Shown here piece after piece: positions 13,171 through 25,725 of a stretch of DNA of 64,000 bases. The translations under genes and the position numbers were made by a program. Source of the DNA: Octopus vulgaris (lineage: Eukaryota); the NCBI GenBank assembly GCA_951406725.2, contig OX597823.1:102300001-102364000 (forward strand), read 5' to 3'. The notes beneath the pieces were generated by a model. That model ran no database searches. It was given only the letters and a program-made list of their open reading frames with translations, and was not told the origin of the DNA. Positions within the stretch are counted from its first letter, which is position 1. Every line of letters begins with the position of its first letter.

Positions 13171-14286
13171 TTTGCACTGCATTCGTTTCGACCCTTGGTT
13201 GTCCTCTAAGAAGATTCAACATGATCAAAATATGCCCGTTGTTTTCACTAGTGTTGATTTTAAACACCAGATTTTCTCTAATCTTTAATGTCTCTCTTTA
13301 GTTGCTGTTTCCAAATTAGAAAAAAAACAACCCGCAGAGGAAGTTTTTGTCTCCCTATTGCAAGAATAGTCTCAATTAATTCAAGCTTTCCAACTGAGTA
13401 TATTACAGCTGTCCAACCCTGCCGTCATTTGTATTTAGAATATGTTGGACGTTTGCCTGGGATAATTTCTTTTAGCCATATTGTTGACTTATACAATGTT
13501 GTCACTACCGGGGTTTGTAAATAATTGATTGGAACCTCTCCAATCAATTATTTTCCTCGAAATCAATTTATTTTAATTGTGGTACAGGCCAATTAATCAT
13601 TGCAATTAATTGTAATTAATTATCAACTAGTTTGCCGAATGTAAAAACACCATATATTTTGGAGTGTTAGCTTTGTTTTAGATAAGAGCCAAAATGATAG
13701 GAAAATAAAGGAGACGACTTATAGTTTAAAAAAAACTTTATTGTCAGATAATGTTCAAAGTTCGATTTTATTGATTTAGAATAGGTATCAAACAACACGT
13801 ATACGCTAAATTGAAGGTCTTTAATTGAAAGAGTTTCTCAAACGAGTAACAATTAAAATGTTCTTAAAATCTTCAATTCATACATGATCTGAGAGATTGG
13901 TGTTTGTAACAAGTCGCATTACATGATTCCGAAAGACTTCCAGTTACTGTAGTGCAACAGAAGTCCTACTGACACATTCTAGCCCACACAAACATAGGTA
14001 TTGCAGAAGCTCGATTTCATGTGCATAAATGATACAATTTGATAGATACTGTACACTGCAAGGTACAAGTCTGTGCAATTATGGTACTAGTAAACTAGTC
14101 TGGCGACCACGGGGATTTCGTGGCCCTGCTCGTAAACTAGTGTGGATTATAAGAGGCTGAGGACCATCAATGTCCTGAAAATTAGCGTTATACCTGTAAA
14201 GGATTTGTCATATTAACACAGAGACAGGATGTCCTGCTTGCAATCTTCGTAGTAGTTGTTGTTATTGATGTGGTAATGGTAGTAAT

Positions 14287-14505
14287 AGGCGACGAGCTAG
14301 CAGAAACGTTAACTCGCCGGGCGAAATGCTTGGCGGTATTTCGTCTGCCGCTACGTTCTGAGTTCAAATTCCGCCGAGGTTGACTTTGCCTTTCATCCTT
14401 TCGGGGTCGATTAAATAAGTAGCAGTTACGCATTGGGGTCGATGTAATCGACATAATCCGTTTGTCCCCTCTGTGTTTAGCCCTTTGTGGGTTGTAAAGA
14501 CATAG
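14287..14505 (+). mobile_element. Family A SINE
   Basis: Matches the 8366 copy. Confidence 0.85.
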
Positions 14506-15091
14506 GTAATGGTAGTAGTAGTAGCTGTGAATGTAGCGAGGGTGGTGGTGGCAGTGTTGGTGCTGGTGAAGAAGTGATGTGCTGTGAAAATATTCGTTCC
14601 GCCAGTGATGTCACTCAATTGAATAATAATGTTATATACACCCTGTTGAGCAAACGTGCAGAGGGCGTCTGCAGGCAAATAGAAACAATGAACATGTACG
14701 CATGCTGTGTGAATAATTACCTTACTTATAATATAAAATAGTGTGAGTGTGTGCGTGTGTATGTGTGTATGTGTGTGTATTCATACAAAAGACACACACA
14801 CACACACGCATTCATGTATTTATGCATATATTCATAATATACATACAAAAATGCAAAGAATTATGCGTGGAAATTTGTGTGCCTGCACACTTGTTATTAT
14901 TGCGCGTGTGGGTTTCTGTATGGGTATATGTATGTGTGTGTGTACATCTTCATATATGTAGAGAGAGGGAGGGAGGGGAGCATGCCAATAACAAGAGGAA
15001 AACAAAATACAAAAAAGGACAGCAAAAATCCAAGGGACCTTCACAGTTAATATGATTAGCTTGGCGCTCAAGGAAGAAATATCTACACCTA

Positions 15092-15244
<153 letters not shown>

Positions 15245-15489
15245 GTCTACAATTTCGGTGTTCTTTCATGGGGGGAAATACTCTTATATCGCCACCGTGG
15301 AACTTATAGAGATAAATTCAATGGAATCACATTCTCGATACCGAGAGATGCCAGTAATGATTATGCCGGCTTGAAGACAAAAACGCAGACCCGCACACAT
15401 ACACAGACATGATTATGCGTGTGTGTGTATGTGTGCGTGAGTGTGTGGTGTGATGCTAGTGTGTATGTGTGTTTTATGTGGTGTGCGTG

Positions 15490-15718
15490 TGTGGAGGCGC
15501 GTGATTTACTGGTTAAGGTGTTGCACCTACTATCACAACATCGAGGTTTCGACTCTCAGAACGGTGATGCGTTCTTCTTGAGCAAAACACTTCATTTCAC
15601 GTTGTTCCAGTCTACTCAGCTAGCGAAAGGAGTAATCTTATGATGCATCAGCCTCCCACCCAGGATGAGGGGATAAATATATACGGCACAGAATCCGGAA
15701 AACCGGCCTTATGACTCA
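15490..15718 (+). mobile_element. Family C SINE
   Basis: tRNA-like head plus ttcttgagcaaaacacttcatttcacgttg body. Confidence 0.7.
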
Positions 15719-15739
15719 GGGAGAATTTTTATATATAAA

Positions 15740-15791
<52 letters not shown>

Positions 15792-15793
15792 AA

Positions 15794-16088
15794 TGTGGAG
15801 GCGCAATGGCCCAGCGGGCTCGCGGTCGGAAGATCGTGGTTTCGATTCCCAGACCGTGCATTGCATGTGTTTATTGAGCGAAAACACCTAAAGCTCCACG
15901 AGGCTCCAGCATGGACAGACAAAGGGATTAAGTCGATTACATCGACCCCAGTGCGTAACTTGGTACTTAATTTATCGACCCCGAAAGGATGAAAGGCAAA
16001 GTCGACCTCGGCGGAATTTGAACTCAGAACGTAACGGCAGACGAAATACGGCTACGCATTTCGCCCGGCGTGCTAACGTTTCTGCCAG
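15794..16088. mobile_element. tRNA-SINE head (+, 15794-15910) fused to a family A SINE (-, 15913-16088)
   Basis: ggaggcgcaatggccc...gtttcgattccc followed by a reverse-complement family A copy. Confidence 0.75.
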
Positions 16089-16738
16089 TAGCACGTTAAT
16101 AGTACAGTTATGTATGTGGAATATTCGGCCAGTTTACACGCTAATTCAGTTGATCGAACAACTGGATCCTCATCGTCGAAAACGACGAAGACCCATTTGC
16201 TTTTCCTTTTACTGTGCAAGAGATGAGATATATGTGTGTATTAGAAAAACGAAAATTGTGTGCGTACGCGCGCGTTCGAATGTGAATAAATCTATTCGCG
16301 CGCCAGCGAGCGAGATCACGTGTGTGGCTTTGAAAAATCATTTTATTGAACAAACCAAACCAGCTTTTTTTTTCTATTTCTGTCGATACAAATCGGAAAC
16401 AGAAAAGTTTAGCAAAAATTCTCAGACTATCAGATTTCAGTAAGGTTTTTGTCCCAGACATCTGAGACTGCGACTTGTGAAACATTCTTATTTTAATTGA
16501 ACATTTAAACATTTGACATTCTCTGCGGAATTTATAATTAAAAGAATTGTATTGATTTCTTACACAAATAAATGTGTGGTGGCAGAAAACGTGCATTTTC
16601 ATACAATAGCTTGAAAGCACGAGCAACAATCCAGCGAGAGAGGCCTCTAAAATGGGATCGTTCAATTTGCTAGAAATAGCAACAAAATAGCTAATGTACC
16701 TTCGACACTATTATTATTATTATTATTGAGCCCGCGCA

Positions 16739-16950
16739 AGGCGGCGAGGTGGCAGAAACGTTAGCACGCTGGGCGAAATGCGTAACCGTATTTCGTCTGC
16801 CGTTACGTTATGAGTTCAAATTCCGCCGAGGTCGACTTTGCCTTTCATCCTTTCGGGGTCGATAAATTAAGTACCAGTTACGCACTGGGGTCGATATCTG
16901 TCCTTGTTTGTTCCCTCTGTGTTTAGTCCCTTGTGGGTAATAAAGAAATA
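16739..16950 (+). mobile_element. Family A SINE with 17-bp TSD
   Basis: TSD attattgagcccgcgca at 16722-16738 and 16951-16967. Confidence 0.9.
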
Positions 16951-17106
16951 ATTATTGAGCCCGCGCACACACACAGCAAAATATTTGAAATCTAAATAAA
17001 AACAAGTTGGTGATTGTACAAATGAGACATCCTTTTTACGCGTTCGACAACGTTGGAAATAACAGCCAAATCATTTTCATATCACACGTTACCGTCTATA
17101 AAAAGA

Positions 17107-17488
17107 CTAGCAGTATCGCCCGGCGTTGCTCGGGTTTGTTCTAATCTTTAGAATTGGAATTTTTTAAAAGTAAAAATTTTGCATTATGTAGCTTGTTATT
17201 CTCTTTAAGGGAACATTTTTCTGATTGAAATACACCGAAAAATGGCGACACAGCAGTCAAAAAATCGTAAAAAGTAGGGATTTTCATAGAAAAAAGCACC
17301 TCTTTGATGTAAATAATTTTTGGTGTTAACATGGTCCGATTTGAATTTTATATTCTACGGAAGGAAGAGCAAGCCTTCTTCTATCATACTCTCAATTTTG
17401 GTCAACTTGCGCCGCAGGGTCTCGGAGGAGATAGTGTTAGTTGAAGGCTACCAAACCTGCCACACACAGACAACTTCAGCTTTATAGA
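17107..17488 (-). mobile_element. Non-autonomous Helitron, family H1, copy 1
   Basis: Minus strand starts TCTCTATAAAGCTG and ends with the hairpin CCCGAGCAACGCCGGG followed by CTAG|T. Near-identical copies at 30777 and 39007. Confidence 0.8.
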
Positions 17489-18305
17489 GAGAGAGATAAC
17501 GTCATATTGACAAATGTAGGTCCTCGATACACTCTGAGTCCACACACACTCACAAATAAAAGCGGAAAGAAAACTTTACGAGAGAAGGTGCGGGGGGTAG
17601 ACTAGGAAAACGTTGTATGGTTAAAAGTGTTTAACAGGAAAAATATCATTTGTCGGGATCATGTTTCACTGTTGAAGGTCACAAATTTTCAAATCTAATT
17701 TAAAATAAAGAAAGCAGGGGAAATATGATTTAGTTTATTTGAAACGTATGAGAAATTTAAATTACAAGGAAATCATATGATCAACCATCAAACTACTCGA
17801 TCGGAAGCTCTGTATCTCCTTCTGCAGATGGATTGAAACGGTAAGCACTGATTACCAAGCTCTGCAATTATGAATGAATGAATGCATCCTCGAATATCTG
17901 TACACAGGCGTGTAATATAATACACACACATACAGTTAGATATATGCATCAGAGGCATGCATACAAATTTACGCACTTTCTATTTTTATGTACAATGTGT
18001 ATTAAATTAAATGTGATTACTAAAATTTTCAAACTTAAAAGCTATTAACTGTTTATTAATTTATGGCGAAAATAAATTTCATTTCAATAATTAGCATATA
18101 GAACTACATCAATACACCAAATTTGAAGTCAGTTGGAACAAAATTGAAGAAATTGAAAACAGAAAAGATCCCATTATGTTTATCGGAATATTAGATTAGT
18201 AAAATGTAATAACCATTTCTTACATAGATACAATGTCACATATTTATTGGCACATGGTTACATTTGAGGTCCCGTTGGTTAGTGTGAATCAGAGTACACT
18301 CCTAC

Positions 18306-18355
<50 letters not shown>

Positions 18356-18515
18356 TACTCTAGCCTAATTCTGTTGACTTCGCTCTCCGATTCACTCATC
18401 AAAGACTTCACCGAAATCCAAATGAATTAGCGTTTAACTTATTAGATTCGTTGTCTTCGAAGCAAACGACGTCTGCATTTATAAAACATACATATTATTT
18501 GTTATATTAAATGCC

Positions 18516-18705
18516 TATTTCTTTACTACCCACAAGGGGCTAAACATAGAGGGGACAGACAAAGGGATTAAGTCGATTATATCGACCCCGAAAGGATGAA
18601 AGGCAAAGTCGACCTCGTCGGAATTTGAACTCAGAACGTAACGGCAGACGAAATACGGCTACGCATTTCGCCCGGCGTGCTAACGTTTCTGCCACCTCGC
18701 CGCCT
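18516..18705 (-). mobile_element. Family A SINE with 18-bp TSD
   Basis: TSD tttgttatattaaatgcc at 18498-18515 and 18706-18723. An older + strand copy follows at 18727-18920. Confidence 0.9.
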
Positions 18706-18953
18706 TTTGTTATATTAAATGCCATTAAGGCAGAAATTGGGCAGAATGCTTAGCTGCATTTCGTCCGTATTTATATTCTGAGTTCTAATTCAAACGAGGT
18801 CGATTTTGCCTTTCATTCTTTCAAGGTCGATTAAATAAATACCAGTTATGCACTGGAGTAGATATAATCGACTTACCCCTCCCACCAAATTGTTGGCCCT
18901 TGTTCCAAGATTTGAAATCAGTATTATATGTGTGCGATATATGTGTCTATATA

Positions 18954-19815
18954 CAGTAATCACTCGCCATATCGCGCCCTCATCGCGGATTTTTCTGGCT
19001 AATATATGTAAATTTATATCACGGGTTTCTGCGGCCGATAGGTATTTATATTTTTTTAGATTTTCATTATTTCTGTGGTAAAATAAACATTTTCACCCCT
19101 AAAAATTAATAAATATAAATACAGTACAGTTCCACACTGTTTAACACATTAATTAAAATATATTAAAAGAAAATACGTAGGGTGCCGTAGATGAGTAAAC
19201 AAAGAATCGCTCACACTGTATGAAAAAAAGAAACTCGGGAGGCGAGTGTGTGGTGTTGTTTTGCATTTATAATAAAATAAGGCAATCTTTCGTCTCTAGT
19301 AGACCTTTCCGTCGATTTCCGTAAAAAAAATTTTTTTTTTTTACATATGGGCTTGCGGGAACTTTTGAAGTAATGAGAGCGAAAGAGACTAAGAGAAAGT
19401 GATTGTATGACGAGGGAAGTTCTTTTGAAGTTACCGTGCATGGGAGCATTGATGGACATGTGTGTGTTTGATGGGGTGTGGGAGACAGACAGTATGTTGT
19501 GTAAGTGAAGTGCTTCTGTTAGTGTGTGTGAAGAGACAGAGTAATGTGTGAAAGAAAGAGATAACTGAAATTTTTTACTCGGTGTATGTGTATATGTATG
19601 TATATTACTTCAAAAGTTCCCGCAAGCCCATATGTAAACAAAAAACAATTTTTACGGAAATTGACGGAAAGGTCTACTAAAGACGAAAGATCGCCTAAAA
19701 TAAATATATACAAATTATGAAAATGATTTTTTTAAATGTACAGTACTGTTTCTACTTCACGGATTTTCACCTATCGGGGGCGAGGTTGGAACGTAACACC
19801 CGCGATAATCGGTTA
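18954..19815. mobile_element. Tc1/pogo (Tigger-like) non-autonomous element
   Basis: Left end ta-cagtaatcactcgccatatcgcg; degenerate right end ccgcgataatcgg...; interrupted by a MITE. Confidence 0.5.
19281..19695. mobile_element. PIF/Harbinger-like MITE with ~95-bp TIRs
   Basis: ggcaatctttcgtct...cgggaacttttgaagtaat is inverted at attacttcaaaagttcccg...agacgaaagatcgcc; TAA on both flanks. Confidence 0.75.
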
Positions 19816-19842
19816 TTATTATTATATATATATATATATATA

Positions 19843-20034
19843 GGGAGAGTTTACGAAAAAAACAAAAGACGAAGACAGGTGGTGTACAAAACAAACAGAT
19901 GTATTAGTATAACGCTCAGGAATAGAAAAAGTCTTTTACGTTTCGAGCCTACGCTCTTCTACAGAAAGGGACACAGAAAAAAAAACAAGGAGAGAAAAAA
20001 ATTGTGTAAGTGGCTAACGATCTGTCATGGCGAC
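19843..20034 (-). mobile_element. ~190-bp non-autonomous HHR-bearing element (PLE pLTR / retrozyme-like)
   Basis: Reverse complement of 47246-47445; HHR-like motif at 19933-19968; flanked by (TA)n on both sides. Confidence 0.7.
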
Positions 20035-20036
20035 TA

Positions 20037-20102
<66 letters not shown>

Positions 20103-20105
20103 ATG

Positions 20106-20429
20106 TGACCGTGTGTGTATCGTTAGCGATTTTTTTTCCTCTGTCTTCCCTTCCTTTGTCTTTCCTTTTCCTATGTTTCTGACGAAGAGCTCCGCTCGGA
20201 ACGTTAAATCCTCCTTCTTTCTTTCCTTTCCTGAGCGTCCAATAATACTATACTTGTTCCACGTCCTCGCGTTGTTGTGTTTTCTCTTTGTGTTTTCATG
20301 TTTGGATTCAAGATTAATCAGTCGAAATTGAGAGGATGATCCAGTTCTTGATTGAAGATTAAAGGCTTCGAATGACCCGTTCGTGCTTTTGTATAGTCTA
20401 TCTGGATGTTTTGCGTTCTTGTCCCATTT

Positions 20430-20432
<3 letters not shown>
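20106..20432 (+). mobile_element. Sister non-autonomous HHR-bearing element
   Basis: HHR-like motif at 20176-20208; shares atcgttagc and ttcctgagcgt...taatac landmarks with the 19843 family; flanked by (TA)n. Confidence 0.6.
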
Positions 20433-20465
<33 letters not shown>

Positions 20466-21256
20466 GTTTATATACGTATATATGCATATATATTATACCT
20501 ATATATATTTATAATGTCTTATTAACACACACACATATAATGTCGCCCGTTCATTTCCACTCTGACCAACTTTCTGTCCTTGTGTTGACTCCTGTGAACT
20601 TTATTTCTCTCTGTGTTGGACACAAGCCCGAATTAGAAGACCAACAGTGGTGTCATAATGGTTATTACCGACCAGTCACTAATTAACTTGAATTAATGTC
20701 ATTAACTCCTGCGTAGTTAAATAGAGTTGCTATTTAGCCCCAGGTCAACTCCAGTTTACTCCAACTTATCCCACTGTTGGCGTAGCTCTTTCTTCACCCC
20801 TACCTGTCTCGTTCTCGATGTTTTGATGGGTCAAGAGGCACCTAAAGCAGCAGTCAGCTAAAGCATGATTTAAACTACTAGATCAAACTAGCTTGCCAGT
20901 GACAGCTAAGCAAAGGAGGCTCAAATCCCCTAAACAATTAATCTTTGCTAACATAGGCACATGACCACCAGTATAGTAGAGGTGTCGGTCGATTCCGAAA
21001 TGATGAAAGGCAAAGTTGACCAGCAATGGCATTCAAACTCAGTACGTGAAAATCCGTCACTAAATACCCGTAAAGACAAGGCGAACAATTCCATCAATCC
21101 ACTGTCTAAACTGTCTTCATAATTGATGCAGTTCAAAACTAGGTGGTGTTCCAATGGTAAAATTTATTATTATTCATTGGTATTCAACTATATCAGCTTT
21201 GAGTTCAAACTCAGGTGGTTCTCTGATGTTAAGCGGAACAAGCTCTAAATCATAGC

Positions 21257-21460
21257 GTGGAGGCGCGTGGGTTAGTGGTTAGGTTGTCAGCATCATGATC
21301 AGAAGATTGTGGTTTCGATTCCTGGACCGGGCGATGCGTTGTGTTCTTGAGAAAAACACTTCATTTCACGTTGCTCCAGTCCACTCAGCTGGCAAAAATG
21401 AGTAACACTGCGATTGACTGGCGTCCCGTCCAGCTGGGGAACACATACACCATAGAAACC
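21257..21460 (+). mobile_element. Family C SINE
   Basis: ggaggcgcgtgggttagtggtt...gtttcgattcctggaccggg. Confidence 0.8.
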
Positions 21461-22374
21461 TCTAAATCACAAGCTAGGAAAACAGACAGACGAGAAAACA
21501 GATTTGGCTAGAGAAAGAAATAAAAAAAAAGAGACGAAGACTTGGCTGACTTAATAATTAATTCCACCACCAACAACAATAACAACAGAATATCAAATGA
21601 CTAATTACTCCCACTCTTTCCATTTATTCCCAGCTGCTCTTCCATTATTTGAGTATAAAAAAGTAATTACGTCGGTTTAAGTTTCATAATATATCTTACA
21701 TATAGAAAGACCAGATGTCTTATTTTTAGTTGACCCAGTCAATAATGAGGTTGTATTAATTAAAAGAATAAGCGCAACTTTCTCTTCTTTTATTGTTGTA
21801 TAAGACTATACATTAGCTAACAATAAGTTTTTTGTTTTGTTGTTGTTGTTATGTCAAAGGAAGTGGGGCGCATTACTTCCCAATTTGTTGAAGATAGAAA
21901 TTCAGTGTTTTGAAGCTTAAAAATCCTTAACCGTTTTATCTAGATTAGAGATTTATTTGAAAAGATTACAGATGTGATTAAACATTGTAGGCTCGAAACA
22001 CCAAAGACTTTCATCTTTCCTGAGCGTCAGACTTACGACACCTTGAATGCTGTTTCCTCACCTGTCTGTCTTTTGTTGTTGTTTTTATCTCTTTCCTCTT
22101 CGTAAATTTTGAACCATATATATGGGTTTGTGTGTGTGTTTATATAATCTCGCCATATGAGGAAGGATTTGCATATCATGTTAATTGCTTCTTCTCTTTT
22201 TTTTTTTTTCTTTTCTTTTTGCATGTTTAAATGAAGAAAAATCTGCAGTCGGCCATAGATGAAAAAAAAAAAAGGGAAACATAAGAGAGTTATTTTATCT
22301 GAAATTTACTGGTCAAGTGGAGGAACAGGCAACTGTTACAACAGTAATACTTTAAAAAAGAGGCCCGGGGTGGT

Positions 22375-22915
22375 GGCAGGAATGGTTCTGTGATTAAGAA
22401 GCTCGCTTTGCAGCAACGTGGTTTCGAGTTCAGTCCTTCTGCGTGGCACCTTGGGCAAATGTTTTCTACTATAGCAACCGGCCGACCGTTGGGTAAATTT
22501 GGTTTGCGGAAACTGTGTAGATGCCCGTCGTATATATATATATATTATGATAATAGGGAGTAATATTGAAGATTGGCTATAGTTTTAAATCGAATTTATT
22601 TCAATTGAATTTAAACTTAATTGTAATTCGAATTTAATTGTAGCCATGAAACGTACGTAGTTTTTTTACTTATTATATATTGACCATTCATTTTTATACT
22701 CTTTGAGATCTGGTTATATGTTTTATAAAAATATATATTATTTGTAATTTATGTTTTGGTTTATGTCTATCACTGTTTGAGTTGCATAATAGTGATTTTA
22801 TCTCTAATTTATATTTTATGTGTGTGTGTGTTGTATGATTTTGTGTTTGTCTCTCCCACCACCTCTTGACAACCGTTATTGGTTTGTTTACATCCCTGTA
22901 AGTCAGCGGTTCGGT
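22375..22915 (+). mobile_element. Family B SINE split by an AT-rich insertion
   Basis: Head at 22375-22532; 3' part (cttgacaaccg...cagcggttcgg) at ~22835-22915. Confidence 0.6.
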
Positions 22916-23039
22916 GATATACTTTGCAACTTCCACATCTCGTTGAAATAGTAGCTGAGATTCTTTATTAGATATAAGACCAGTATCAGTAATAATAGTT
23001 GGAGAATGTCGCTTGCTTTTCTACCTTATTTCTTTCTTC

Positions 23040-23560
23040 TGCTTTTCACGTTGCAATTCTTAATGTGTAAGGTTACAATGAACAAGAAAGGTGTGAGTAT
23101 GACACCTTGTTGTACTCCTGCTGGGATCTCAATGATGTCTCGGTCGAATTCAGAATTGAGTTAACATGATGTGTCTTCTTTTCACTTGGTTGGTGTCTCT
23201 GGCTCATCGTCGAAATGTATCTTCGTTGTGTCTTTCTGTAAGTAATTTTTTGGCCATTGTTCGGATGAACTTTCTGATCTGTTACACTCTCTCAAGGCCT
23301 TTAAACATGTCGCTCGCTCCTCATTCCAGACACATCGTTTCGCTGTTGAACTCTCGTATTCTAATGGTTTCTTCCCTTGAAGTCCTGCTCTCTGGAACTC
23401 TGCTGTTGAGTTTGCTTTTAGTTATAAATCCTTTTAGTCAAATAACTCCTTTCCTTGAATTGCTACTTTCTGAAACTCACTACCATCGTCCTGTTTTCCT
23501 CTTGTCTATGATATTCAGGCCTTTCCGTTTTCTGTCAATCAACATCTTTTGAATTAGTGC
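23040..23560 (-). mobile_element. RTE-clade LINE RT fragment, degenerate
   Basis: Minus strand reads EIPAGVQQGVILTPFLFIVTL, similar to the RT motif GVLQGDTLAPFLFIIVLD. Confidence 0.55.
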
Positions 23561-23932
23561 GCCCCTTTTTGTATTCCCTAACGTTACCGTAGTCTCTCAA
23601 TCCTTGTTGGGAACAAATCGTTAAAAAAAAAATAACAGCTTTTGGGATCTGATCATTGATGCCTTCAATAAGACTTTGTACTGCAAGATTTTTTGCTCGA
23701 AAACCATTTTGGATGATTTTTGGTAATGAATCTATATAGAGGGCGTATTCTTACAAGCAACATTTTGTAGAGCATGTGTGTGTGTGTGTGTGTATACATA
23801 TACACATACCATCAATAGGCCTTATATACATTATATATAAGCTCGAGACCCTTCCAAGATAGCCTAAATTTAAATTAAATCTTATTAAAAAAACAAACCA
23901 CTTTTGTAGTCCCTTAGATTCCTATTACCCGT

Positions 23933-23934
<2 letters not shown>

Positions 23935-24009
<75 letters not shown>
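23935..24009. repeat. (TC)n microsatellite
   Basis: Read directly from sequence. Confidence 0.95.
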
Positions 24010-24015
<6 letters not shown>

Positions 24016-24499
24016 TACTTGGTAGATAGATAGAAACAGAGATGAACTGGAGTAGACAAGCTAACAGGCAAAAATAGACAGATAGATAGAGCGGTAGGTA
24101 GATTGATTGATTGCTTTTATCAAATGTTAGATTCCATTGTTTCTACATCACCATTGTAGCATTTGCATCTATCACCAGACTCCCATTAAATACACACACG
24201 CACTACTTCCACCACTACCACCAATAACAAAAACAATTGTAATGAGGCTAAACTGAAAGTTGCAAGTGCACTGTAGCGGCGATTTGAAGCAAACGACAAT
24301 AGCGTAACGTCTATAATTTTCCTTTTGTTTTTGTATGTCTATTTTCGGTTTTATCAGTAGAAATTACAAGTCACTTCGAAAGGTCAGTTGCCGAGGACAA
24401 CAATACATTGTCGCCATATTCTACTCAAGATGTCTCTTCATTTTATCCGTGAAAATATGTGCCAATATATCTATATATATAGATATATAGATATATATA

Positions 24500-24662
24500 C
24501 TCTTTTACTTGTTTCAGTCATGTGACTGTGGCCATGCTGGAGCGCCGCCTTTAGTCAAGCAAATCGACCCCAGGACTTATTCTTTGGAAGCCTAGTACTT
24601 ATTCTATCGGTCTCTTTTGCCGAACCGCTAAGTTACGGGGACGTAAACACACCAGCATCGGT
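24500..24662 (-). mobile_element. Family B SINE, 3' part
   Basis: tcttttacttgtttcagtca...ccgaaccgctaagttacgggg, matching 25722. Confidence 0.8.
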
Positions 24663-24700
<38 letters not shown>

Positions 24701-24813
24701 CCCTCTCACACACAAGTTTCCATGTCTTTGTCACGACTTCCTTGGTGCCCCCTAGTACGGGTGACTGCCCGAGTTGCCGGTACCTTGGGCCGGCCCTGCA
24801 TAGTGTACTTAAG

Positions 24814-25314
24814 TTTACATACACATATGATGACATACGGTACCTTCCTTTCACTTTCAATCTGTGGTATTTGTTTCTGTTTGCCCGCCATAATATATGT
24901 ACACGCTTCGAAAGATTGTTTTAAAGATTGATGAATATTCCTTTTATCTCTTTTATTATTTTCCTGTTGGTCACTGAACAAAGAACCTGATATAATTCTC
25001 ATCCTAAGCTGCCCACCCCCACAGAAAAAAAAAGTAGGCCTTTATATATGTATGTATGTATGTATGTATATATTCACTGTGAAACCAGGCCTACTTTTTT
25101 TTTCTGTGGGGGTGGGCAGCTTAGGACGAGAATTATATCAGGTTCTTTGTTCAGTGACCAACAGGAAAATAATAAAAGAGATAAAAGGAATATTCATCAA
25201 TCTTTAAAACAATCTTTCGAAGCGTGTACATATATTATGGCGGGCAAACAGAAACAAATACCACAGATTGAAAGTGAAAGGAAGGTACCGTATGTCATCA
25301 TATGTGTATGTAAA
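24814..25314. repeat. 228-bp near-perfect inverted repeat with a 45-bp spacer
   Basis: 24814-25041 is the reverse complement of 25087-25314, with one mismatch seen. Confidence 0.95.
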
Positions 25315-25539
25315 TATATATACATCATATGTGTATGTATATATATACATTTTTTCAATCAATATATCCCTCTTTATTTGTTCTCTACTTATTATTTCCT
25401 TACTCCTTCTCTTTCTAGTATCTGCCTTTGATGTCGAATCTACTAAAGGTTTTTTTAAAATACTCAATAACGTTCTGTTTATCATTTAGGCAGTCATCAA
25501 AATTGTTATAATGTCTTGTTGTTGGGATAGGCTCTCTTT

Positions 25540-25622
25540 CTTTCCTGATGAGAAGATTGCATTTTACACCGTTTATTCCTTTGGAATAAAACCAATGTTG
25601 TCTTCGAAACATATGTTGAAAG
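25540..25622 (+). ncRNA. Type-I hammerhead ribozyme motif, canonical core, long stem II
   Basis: CTTTC-CTGATGA-GAAGA[...]TCTTC-GAAA-CATATG-T-T-GAAAG. Stem I is 5 bp; stem III is the palindrome ACATATGT. Confidence 0.8.
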
Positions 25623-25656
25623 TAAACGAATTTGAATAGCATCTGCGTTCTACTCC

Positions 25657-25721
<65 letters not shown>

Positions 25722-25725
<4 letters not shown>

